Source of the DNA: Auanema rhodensis | Lineage: Eukaryota > Animalia > Nematoda | Direction of reading: 5' to 3' | NCBI GenBank assembly: GCA_964057225.1 | Contig: OZ059894.1 | Coordinates: 19,344,001 to 19,408,000, forward strand | DNA: 64,000 nucleotides | In this document: positions 54,064-64,000 of the stretch, in pieces | Layout of the letters: the number at the start of each line of letters is the position of its first letter | Position numbering within the stretch: position 1 is the stretch's first letter | Program-made: the position numbers and the translations under genes | Notes under the pieces: model-generated | Database searches by the model: none | Told to the model about the DNA's origin: nothing | Seen by the model: the letters and a program-made list of their open reading frames with translations, nothing else

Positions 54064-54210
54064 CTGAAATGAATAAGGACGATCGCTTACTCTCACTGTT
54101 TCCCGCCCAAAGAAACGTGGGAAAGGGAACCTGAGAGATAATTTGAATTTTTTTTTGTTTGTTTTATGTGAGGACCTATTACGAAATAAAGCATTTCGAA
54201 TAAATATAAT
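54064..54210 (-). repeat. Left (5') inverted terminal repeat, copy 1 (147 bp)
   Basis: Reverse complement of 49819-49965. Confidence 0.95.
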
Positions 54211-55611
54211 GATGCATTAGTGTATGTTGAGTTTCCATGTACACTCAACATTGCTTCCAAAAACATTTTGACAAAAATTTTTTCGAAAAATTTCATAATA
54301 ATTTAGCAAAAAGTAGATGTTTTTAGATTCCATTTTTCAAGGCAAAGACGATGGACAATGTTATTCAACGAAAAAATTAATTCTTCAGGGTGAAAATCGA
54401 GGATATAAGTGTGAACTTATATCAGTTGATATCTCGGTGCATTTTTAAGCTAGCGCAAATCTGATAACACAGATCGACGCAGCGTAAAAATCCGCATCGA
54501 ATGCACTATACTACATTGAAAAACGCTTAATACAAAAATTAGTTATGATCGTTCGAAAAATGATGCATTAGTGTATGTTGAGTTTCCATGTACACTCAAC
54601 ATTGCTTCCAAAAACATTTTGACAAAAATTTTTTCGAAAAATTTCAGAATAATTTAGCAAAAAGTAGATGTTTTTAGATTCCTTTTTTCAAGGCAAAGAC
54701 GATGGTCAATGTTATTCAACGAAAAAATCAATTCTTCAGGGTGAAAATCGAGTATATAAGTGTGAACTTATATCAGTTGATATCTCGGTGCATTTTTAAG
54801 CTAGCGCAAATCTGATAACACAGATCGACGCAGCTTAAAAATCCGCATCGAATGCACTATACTACATTGAGAAACGCTTAATACAAAAATTAGTTATGAT
54901 CGTTTGAAAAATGATGCATTAGTGTATGTTGAGTTTCCATGTACACTCAACATTGCTTCCAAAAACATTTTGACAAAAATTTTTTCGAAAAATTTCAGAA
55001 TAATTTAGCAAAAAGTAGATGTTTTTAGATTCCATTTTTCAAGGCAAAGACGATGGTCAATGTTATTCAACGAAAAAATCAATTCTTCAGGGTGAAAATC
55101 GAGGATATAAGTGTGAACTTATATCAGTTGATATCTCGGTGCATTTTTAAGCTAGCGCAAATCTGATAACACAGATCGACGCAGCTTAAAAATCCGCATC
55201 GAATGCACTATACTACATTGAGAAACGCTTAATACAAAAATTAGTTATGATCGTTTGAAAAATGATGCGTTAGTGTATGTTGAGTTTCCATGTACACTCA
55301 ACATTGCTTCCAAAAACATTTTGACAAAAATTTTTTCGAAAAATTTCAAAATAATTTAGCAAAAAGTAGATGTTTTTAGATTCCATTTTTCAAGGCAAAG
55401 ACGATGGACAATGTTATTCAACGAAAAAATTAATTCTTCAGGGTGAAAATCGAGGATATAAGTGTGAACTTATATCAGTTGATATCTCGGTGCATTTTTA
55501 AGCTAGCGCAAATCTGATAACACAGATCGACGCAGCTTAAAAATCCGCATCGAATGCACTATACTACATTGAAAAACGCTTAATACAAAAATTAGTTATG
55601 ATCGTTCGAAA
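54211..55611. repeat. 351-bp satellite, exactly 4 monomers between the two DIRS copies
   Basis: The satellite resumes in register (GATGCATTAG at 54211). The offset between copies is 5831 = 4427 (net element) + 4x351. Confidence 0.97.
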
Positions 55612-55649
55612 AATTATTCTATTTTACTAGTCTACGACGTTAAATAAGA

Positions 55650-55796
55650 ATTATATTTATTCGAAATGCTTTATTTCGTAATAGGTCCTCACATAAAACA
55701 AACAAAAAAAAATTCAAATTATCTCTCAGGTTCCCTTTCCCACGTTTCTTTGGGCGGGAAACAGTGAGAGTAAGCGATCGTCCTTATTCATTTCAG
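55650..55796 (-). repeat. Right ITR, copy 2 (3' extension at 55612-55649)
   Basis: Same sequence as 49819-49965 at offset 5831. Confidence 0.94.
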
Positions 55797-56042
55797 GTGT
55801 CCAAAAAAGGAAGAATAGAAAGGCAGCATAACAATAACAAAATAAAAGAACAATAGTAACAGAAGGAAAGGAAAGGCTGCGGATAGCAGGCAGCATGCTA
55901 ACCTATCTCTTGCGGTCGTAGTTGGTGCGTTGTGCAGGCTTGAATCTGGAAAGTTATGATAAAGACATCGAAAGTGGGCGAGCTCGAGTGGAAGTCCTCA
56001 GGTTGGTTAGCGGGAGCGCAGTAGGGGTGGAGGTGGGAGATA

Positions 56043-56115
56043 TTCGAATAAATATAATTCTTATTTAACGTCGTAGACTAGTAAAATAGAATAATTATAT
56101 TTATTCGAAATGCTT
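56043..56115. repeat. ICR, copy 2
   Basis: Same sequence as 50212-50284. Confidence 0.92.
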
Positions 56116-56117
56116 CT

Positions 56118-57374
56118 TCAAAAAAGAATCTTGGACTGGAACGAGGTTCTTCGCTCATAGTGGGTGAAGAAGGTTTTTTCTGAAGCCCAGTTAGCCGCCT
56201 TGAGGATGTCGCCTATAGGTAGACCTTGCGCTAGTGCCTTCGAGGTCACAGCCGAGCGTGTTGAGTGAGCTTTGAAGGTAGTGGGTATGCCCGCGCTGTG
56301 CAGGGTCTTTCTAATCCAACCAGAAATGGTGGTGGGTTCCACTGCTGCTCCATTCTTTCTGTTAAGAAAGAGGCATCTTGTTCGGCGGAGTTCCATGGTT
56401 CGAGATAGGTATTCATTTATGCAGTTAATAGGGCACAGGTTATTGCGTGTGGGGAAGTTCTCGAACTTCGCTTCATGCGGGGGTCCCTTAGATCTGTTTT
56501 TATTGCGTTTATTTATGAAGAAAGTTAACCCTTCTGCGTCGATACGCATGTGATCTAGGGAGAAAACGGCCAATTCGCTCACCCTCTTTGGAGAGCATAG
56601 GGCCAATAGAGTGGCTAGCTTGTGAGTGAGAGACTCTAGGCTGAGTTGGACGTTGGGGCCCAGCCTATCAAGGAAGTCCAAGACTTCGGAGGGGTCCCAG
56701 GTGTCTACGTACCTAGCCCCTGAAGGCTTCTCTCTGAACAAACCCCTCATGAGGCGGAGGAGCAGCACGTTCTCCTTTAGGGAGGGGGAGACCCCTAGGT
56801 GATCGGCCAATGCGGATATCGCTACCTTGTGTATGCGTACTGTGGAGAAGGCCTTAGTTTGAGCGAGAAATGATAGATAGTTAGCAACCGTTACTGGGTT
56901 GGGAGTAAAAGGTATCTTCTGCTTATTGCAGTAAGCTTTCCAGTTCTTGAGAGCACAGCCGTACTGTTTGCGTGTTCCTGGGGCCCAGGATTCGTTTAGG
57001 AGTCTCTTAGTCTCTGCTGTTACTCCCTCAAAGGAGTTTGTTAAATCTTCCACGCTGCTAATTGGAAATTCGGCGACTGCAGGAGAGGATGTGGGTTTCC
57101 TTCCCGGTCGGACAGCAGGTTCGGGTGTTGGAGCAGCAAGGGAGGCTCCTTGGATCTCTCTTGGAGTAGGGGAAACCACATTTGGCTCTTCCAGAATGGT
57201 GCTATCACTATAGCCGACCTCTGGGAGCTGGCGAGCTTTCCTAAGGTCTTGTGCAGGAGGTGGAAAGGTGGAAATACGTAAAGTAATCCGTCTGGCAGCT
57301 GCTGCCAATTGAACAAGAGTGCGTTCACTCCTAATGCGGCGCAATCTGGAAAGAAGGAGTAGAAAAGGGCGCAT
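56118..57374 (-). CDS. DIRS tyrosine recombinase, copy 2 (intact)
   Basis: The translation is identical to the copy 1 recombinase. Confidence 0.92.
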   Translation of the reverse strand: MRPFLLLLSRLRRIRSERTLVQLAAAARRITLRISTFPPPAQDLRKARQLPEVGYSDSTILEEPNVVSPTPREIQGASLAAPTPEPAVRPGRKPTSSPAVAEFPISSVEDLTNSFEGVTAETKRLLNESWAPGTRKQYGCALKNWKAYCNKQKIPFTPNPVTVANYLSFLAQTKAFSTVRIHKVAISALADHLGVSPSLKENVLLLRLMRGLFREKPSGARYVDTWDPSEVLDFLDRLGPNVQLSLESLTHKLATLLALCSPKRVSELAVFSLDHMRIDAEGLTFFINKRNKNRSKGPPHEAKFENFPTRNNLCPINCINEYLSRTMELRRTRCLFLNRKNGAAVEPTTISGWIRKTLHSAGIPTTFKAHSTRSAVTSKALAQGLPIGDILKAANWASEKTFFTHYERRTSFQSKILF

Positions 57375-59861
57375 TTGGCGTTCCAAGTGGACGCGAACAG
57401 GTCTATTTTGGGTTCACCCCATTTGGAAAATATTGATCTAGTGATCTCCGGATGGAGCGACCAGTCTTCCTTCAAAATTCTGCCGCGGGACAGGCAGTCG
57501 GCAGCCGTATTGATTTTTCCCGCTATATGCGATGCTCTGATTCTGAGCTTACGGGTATCGGCAAATTGCCATAACTCCAGTGCTAATCTAGTGCCCTTCT
57601 GGGATTGACTCCCGCCCCTACGGTTGATGTAGGCAATGGCAGAAGTATTATCTAAGAGTAAGAGAACGTCGAGATTGAGCCAGGTCTTGCCGAACTCTGT
57701 TAGACCCTTCGTTGCTGCAATCAGCTCCAGCCAGTTTATATGGTAGTTAAAGCGTTCTGCCTCGGACCAAGATCCTGACAAGGTATTACCTTCCCACGAA
57801 GCGCCAAAACCCTCCAGGGAGGCATCTGAGGTAATGGAGTATCGGGGAGAAAAGGGCGTGAGCGAGGATACTTCTGATAGACGGGGAACGTCCTTGGTTC
57901 GAAGATCCTCCAGGATCTTTCTTAACGATCGATCTATTCTTAGAATTTGAGGGAAGGCATTGGGATCATTTACGTTCGTAATTCCTTTAAGCCGTAGGTG
58001 GAAGTGCAGTTCACGGTTTCTGAAGGAGAGGTTAGGTGCTACCAGAGACGCAAAGTTCAATTTTCCCATTAGCGAGGCTAATGCTCTTATACTCAGCTCT
58101 GATTGAGCTGTTAAACGAGTGAGAGACTCGAGCAAACCCTTTTTCTTGGCCTTTGGGAGAGACCAGCTCATCGATCTTGAATTCAGCTGAATACCAAGAA
58201 ATTCTATTTCTTGTGTGGGTATCATAATTGATTTATCCCAGTTTATCGTAAAACCCGCGCGATCAAAAGTAATTAGAATCTCTGTTAGTTGGGACCTGAG
58301 ACAATCAGGATCCTCCGAGATGAACAGCCAGTCATCTAAGTAGTTGATGAGATTGATCCCTTTACCCCGAAAATGGGATACCAGAACACGCATTAGCTTA
58401 TGGAATATGTAGGGGGCTGAGCTCAGCCCAAAAGGGAGTGCTCTAAATAGGAAAGTGCGCCCCTCTGCTGTGAAAGCTAGGAAGGGTTGATCCTTCGGAT
58501 CGATACTAATCGCGTGGTAGGCTGAATGAAAATCGATTTTGATCATGAAATTATCCTGTCGTAGGAGCGACGGGATGTCCCGAAGGGATTCTAGCTTGAA
58601 CTTGGGTACTCGGAGAAAAGTGTTCAGGCGCTTTAAATTGAGGATGAAACGGGCCGTGCCGTCCGCCTTGGGAACGTGGAAGGTCGGGGATATGAAAACC
58701 TTCTCCCTCGGGGCGGCCTCTCGAATGGCGCCAGTGTACAGCAGTTCCTGGATATCCGACCTGGGTTGCTCCGGCAAGGTAGAGCAGATGGGTGGCAGCG
58801 ATAAAGGTGGAGGTGTGCGGGCAAAGGGGAGACTATAGCCCTGAACCGCGTTAAGGATCTCCTTGTCCCTGGAGATGGACGCCCAAAAGGTTGTGGTGGA
58901 GGATACCCGGCATGCGAAAGGAAAAGTGACTAACCTCTTTCTCTGGTTAGTAGCGAACGTTGAGAAGGTAGCTTGTCTCTTGGGGGCTGAGCGTGGCTGT
59001 TGGGCATCATTCCTGCGAGGAGTTGTTCTGGAGCTTCTGGACAGTTCGGAGTACGACGATAGTTCTGCTCTGAGCTTCTTGCCAAACAGTTCGGGTGCCG
59101 AATCCTCTGGAGCGTTGTCTACCGGGATCACGGTTCCATAGATGGGACTTCTTGAAGCTAGGCATGGCTCGGTAGGGTTGAGAGATCTTCATCTTGGTTA
59201 GAGCACACTCTCGCAAGTTGGTGCAGTGGGTCTTGATGTTAGCGCTGAGGAAGCGCTCCACTATGGCAAAGTATGCCTCCTGTTTTGTTGACAGACGAGA
59301 GTCCCTATCTATCCTGCCCAGCTTGCGAATTATCTTGATGTTAGAAAGAACGATTAGATCATTCTCGTATGCCGTGCGTATCTCAGCTTCGGACAGACGG
59401 ATAGTGGGCTTGATGTTATTGTCCACGTGAGTAGTGTAGCGGTCGTCCAAGACCGGTAGTCGAGCGAACGGTGAGTCGATATTTGGGAGTTCCGAGATGA
59501 GCTCAGCTCTCTCGGTCGAGGACATGAGCAGTCCCGAGGCGAGTCTCTCGAAATCAGCAGTCTCGGAGGAAGATAGGCGAACGAGTGGCCTAGATCTGGG
59601 TCCGTGTGCCTCCGGTGGCATGGGGACCGTTTCGTCTTCGTCGTCCTCTGAATAGAGGTCCTCTTTCTCGGGCTGGTCCGAGTTCGGAGGTGGTGGGGAA
59701 GGAGCTTCTACCCTTCTCCTCTCGACGTGTTGACGGTCGGTGGAGATAGACGTTGGAGATGTTGAGCGTGACGATCTCGAAGAAGAAGAGCTGAAGGCTC
59801 GTACTCTTCTCGGAGAAGTTTCAGTCGGGGCTTGTCCCTGACGAGTGTGGCTTGGAGCAAT
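57041..59861 (-). pseudogene. Disrupted Gag-RT-RNaseH-MT polyprotein gene, copy 2
   Basis: Start codon ATG>ATT (59859). GGGGG>GGG at 59144-59146 splits the ORF into the 204-aa and 696-aa (GTG-start) fragments in the track. Confidence 0.85.
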
Positions 59862-59892
59862 GGACGATCGTATGTGAGGCTCAACGAAAAAA

Positions 59893-60039
59893 CTGAAATG
59901 AATAAGGACGATCGCTTACTCTCACTGTTTCCCGCCCAAAGAAACGTGGGAAAGGGAACCTGAGAGATAATTTGAATTTTTTTTTGTTTGTTTTATGTGA
60001 GGACCTATTACGAAATAAAGCATTTCGAATAAATATAAT
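59893..60039 (-). repeat. Left ITR, copy 2
   Basis: Reverse complement of 55650-55796. Confidence 0.94.
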
Positions 60040-63000
60040 GATGCATTAGTGTATGTTGAGTTTCCATGTACACTCAACATTGCTTCCAAAAACATTTTGA
60101 CAAAAATTTTTTCGAAAAATTTCATAATAATTTAGCAAAAAGTAGATGTTTTTAGATTCCATTTTTCAAGGCAAAGACGATGGACAATGTTATTCAACGA
60201 AAAAATTAATTCTTCAGGGTGAAAATCGAGGATATAAGTGTGAACTTATATCAGTTGATATCTCGGTGCATTTTTAAGCTAGCGCAAATCTGATAACACA
60301 GATCGACGCAGCGTAAAAATCCGCATCGAATGCACTATACTACATTGAAAAACGCTTAATACAAAAATTAGTTATGATCGTTCGAAAAATGATGCATTAG
60401 TGTATGTTGAGTTTCCATGTACACTCAACATTGCTTCCAAAAACATTTTGACAAAAATTTTTTCGAAAAATTTCAGAATAATTTAGCAAAAAGTAGATGT
60501 TTTTAGATTCCTTTTTTCAAGGCAAAGACGATGGTCAATGTTATTCAACGAAAAAATCAATTCTTCAGGGTGAAAATCGAGTATATAAGTGTGAACTTAT
60601 ATCAGTTGATATCTCGGTGCATTTTTAAGCTAGCGCAAATCTGATAACACAGATCGACGCAGCTTAAAAATCCGCATCGAATGCACTATACTACATTGAG
60701 AAACGCTTAATACAAAAATTAGTTATGATCGTTTGAAAAATGATGCATTAGTGTATGTTGAGTTTCCATGTACACTCAACATTGCTTCCAAAAACATTTT
60801 GACAAAAATTTTTTCGAAAAATTTCAGAATAATTTAGCAAAAAGTAGATGTTTTTAGATTCCATTTTTCAAGGCAAAGACGATGGTCAATGTTATTCAAC
60901 GAAAAAATCAATTCTTCAGGGTGAAAATCGAGGATATAAGTGTGAACTTATATCAGTTGATATCTCGGTGCATTTTTAAGCTAGCGCAAATCTGATAACA
61001 CAGATCGACGCAGCTTAAAAATCCGCATCGAATGCACTATACTACATTGAGAAACGCTTAATACAAAAATTAGTTATCATCGTTTGAAAAATGATGCGTT
61101 AGTGTATGTTGAGTTTCCATGTACACTCAACATTGCTTCCAAAAACATTTTGACAAAAATTTTTTCGAAAAATTTCAAAATAATTTAGCAAAAAGTAGAT
61201 GTTTTTAGATTCCATTTTTCAAGGCAAAGACGATGGACAATGTTATTCAACGAAAAAATTAATTCTTCAGGGTGAAAATCGAGGATATAAGTGTGAACTT
61301 ATATCAGTTGATATCTCGGTGCATTTTTAAGCTAGCGCAAATCTGATAACACAGATCGACGCAGCTTAAAAATCCGCATCGAATGCACTATACTACATTG
61401 AAAAACGCTTAATACAAAAATTAGTTATGATCGTTCGAAAAATGATGCATTAGTGTATGTTGAGTTTCCATGTACACTCAACATTGCTTCCAAAAACATT
61501 TTGACAAAAATTTTTTCGAAAAATTTCAAAATAATTTAGCAAAAAGTAGATGTTTTTAGATTCCTTTTTTCAAGGCAAAGACGATGGTCAATGTTATTCA
61601 ACGAAAAAATCAATTCTTCAGGGTGAAAATCGAGGATATAAGTGTGAACTTATATCAGTTGATATCTCGGTGCATTTTTAAGCTAGCGCAAATCTGATAA
61701 CACAGATCGACGCAGCTTAAAAATCCGCATCGAATGCACTATACTAAATTGAGAAACGCTCAATACAAAATATAGTTATGATCGTTTGAAAAATGATGCA
61801 TTAGTGTATGTTGAGTTTCCATGTACACTCAACATTGCTTCCAAAAACATTTTGACAAAAATTTTTTCGAAAAATTTCAGAATAATTTAGCAAAAAGTAG
61901 ATGTTTTTAGATTCCATTTTTCAAGGCAAAGACGATGGACAATGTTATTCAACGAAAAAATTAATTCTTCAGGGTGAAAATCGAGGATATAAGTGTGAAC
62001 TTATATCAGTTGATATCTCGGTGCATTTTTAAGCTAGCGCAAATCTGATAACACAGATCGACGCAGCTTAAAAATCCGCATCGAATGCACTATACTCATT
62101 GAAAAACGCTTAATACAAAAATTAGTTATGATCGTTCGAAAAATGATGCATTAGTGTATGTTGAGTTTCCATGTACACTCAACATTGCTTCCAAAAACAT
62201 TTTGACAAAAATTTTTTCGAAAAATTTCAGAATAATTTAGCAAAAAGTAGATGTTTTTAGATTCCATTTTTCAAGGCAAAGACGATGGACAATGTTATTC
62301 AACGAAAAAATTAATTCTTCAGGGTGAAAATCGAGGATATAAGTGTGAACTTATATCAGTTGATATCTCGGTGCATTTTTAAGCTAGCGCAAATCTGATA
62401 ACACAGATCGACGCAGCGTAAAAATCCGCATCGAATGCACTATACTACATTGAAAAACGCTTAATACAAAAATTAGTTATGATCGTTCGAAAAATGATGC
62501 ATTAGTGTATGTTGAGTTTCCATGTACACTCAACATTGCTTCCAAAAACATTTTGACAAAAATTTTTTCGAAAAATTTCAGAATAATTTAGCAAAAAGTA
62601 GATGTTTTTAGATTCCTTTTTTCAAGGCAAAGACGATGGTCAATGTTATTCAACGAAAAAATCAATTCTTCAGGGTGAAAATCGAGTATATAAGTGTGAA
62701 CTTATATCAGTTGATATCTCGGTGCATTTTTAAGCTAGCGCAAATCTGATAACACAGATCGACGCAGCTTAAAAATCCGCATCGAATGCACTATACTACA
62801 TTGAGAAACGCTTAATACAAAAATTAGTTATGATCGTTTGAAAAATGATGCATTAGTGTATGTTGAGTTTCCATGTACACTCAACATTGCTTCCAAAAAC
62901 ATTTTGACAAAAATTTTTTCGAAAAATTTCAGAATAATTTAGCAAAAAGTAGATGTTTTTAGATTTCTTTTTTCAAGGCAAAGACGATGGTCAATGTTAT

Positions 63001-64000
63001 TCAACGAAAAAATCAATTCTTCAGGGTGAAAATCGAGGATATAAGTGTGAACTTATATCAGTTGATATCTCGGTGCATTTTTAAGCTAGCGCAAATCTGA
63101 TAACACAGATCGACGCAGCTTAAAAATCCGCATCGAATGCACTATACTACATTGAAAAACGCTTAATACAAAAATTAGTTATGATCGTTCGAAAAATGAT
63201 GCATTAGTGTATGTTGAGTTTCCATGTACACTCAACATTGCTTCCAAAAACATTTTGACAAAAATTTTTTCGAAAAATTTCAAAATAATTTAGCAAAAAG
63301 TAGATGTTTTTAGATTCCATTTTTCAAGGCAAAGACGATGGACAATGTTATTCAACGAAAAAATTAATTCTTCAGGGTGAAAATCGAGGATATAAGTGTG
63401 AACTTATATCAGTTGATATCTCGGTGCATTTTTAAGCTAGCGCAAATCTGATAACACAGATCGACGCAGCTTAAAAATCCGCATCGAATGCACTCTACTA
63501 CATTGAAAAACGCTTAATACAAAAATTAGTTATGATCGTTCGAAAAATGATGCATTAGTGTATGTTGAGTTTCCATGTACACTCAACATTGCTTCCAAAA
63601 ACATTTTGACAAAAATTTTTTCGAAAAATTTCAGAATAATTTAGCAAAAAGTAGATGTTTTTAGATTCCTTTTTTCAAGGCAAAGACGATGGTCAATGTT
63701 ATTCAACGAAAAAATCAATTCTTCAGGGTGAAAATCGAGGATATAAGTGTGAACTTATATCAGTTGATATCTCGGTGCATTTTTAAGCTAGCGCAAATCT
63801 GATAACACAGATTGACGCAGCTTAAAAATCCGCATCGAATGCACTATACTACATTGAGAAACGCTTAATACAAAAATTAGTTATGATCGTTTGAAAAATG
63901 ATGCATTAGTGTATGTTGAGTTTCCATGTACACTCAACATTGCTTCCAAAAACATTTTGACAAAAATTTTTTCGAAAAATTTCAGAATAATTTAGCAAAA
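60040..64000. repeat. 351-bp satellite array continues (~11 monomers, runs off the window)
   Basis: Same monomer and same variant types as the upstream array. Confidence 0.98.

Larger units (their letters stand above)
49781..54210 (-). mobile_element. DIRS1-like tyrosine-recombinase retrotransposon, copy 1 (apparently intact)
   Basis: Carries RT/RNaseH/methyltransferase-like and tyrosine recombinase ORFs, 147-bp ITRs, a 3' extension and an ICR. It begins and ends with ATT on the minus strand and has no integrase. This is the canonical DIRS1 layout. Confidence 0.97.
55612..60039 (-). mobile_element. DIRS1-like retrotransposon, copy 2 (gag-pol disrupted)
   Basis: Same as copy 1 apart from three differences I could find: C>T at 58998, GG deletion at ~59144, C>A at 59859. 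Confidence 0.97.

Noticed and set aside
49781-54210. LTR retrotransposon, DNA transposon or prophage with a 3-bp TSD
   Set aside because: The terminal repeats are inverted and accompanied by an ICR. There is no DDE integrase, transposase or phage structural gene. The AAT repeat is explained by recombination with the circle junction.
54093-54296. 67-aa minus-strand ORF (also at 59922-60125)
   Set aside because: It is a chance frame across the satellite/ITR junction, and its ATG is created by the private flanking SNP.
55612-60039. Second independent site-specific insertion as proof of targeting
   Set aside because: Shared private flanking variants and the exact 4-monomer spacing favour segmental duplication.

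Overview
About 55 kb of this window is a very homogeneous, AT-rich tandem satellite with a 351-bp monomer (roughly 157 copies). The monomer contains several short inverted repeats and is arranged as an irregular higher-order repeat (HOR) whose basic unit is a 6-mer of 2105 bp. This looks like eukaryotic centromeric or pericentromeric heterochromatin, but the organism cannot be determined from the sequence. The array is interrupted by two near-identical ~4.43-kb DIRS1-type tyrosine-recombinase retrotransposons on the minus strand (49781-54210 and 55612-60039). Copy 1 appears fully intact. It has 147-bp inverted terminal repeats (ITRs), a 3' extension, and an internal complementary region (ICR) that spells out the circle junction. 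It encodes a single Gag-RT-RNaseH-methyltransferase-like ORF and an overlapping tyrosine recombinase ORF. Both copies sit at the same AAT/ATT trinucleotide of the monomer. Shared private flanking variants and an exact 4-monomer spacing indicate that copy 2 arose by tandem duplication of the array, not by a second insertion. Copy 2 has lost the gag-pol start codon and carries a 2-bp frameshift. No host genes, RNA genes or CRISPR arrays are supported.
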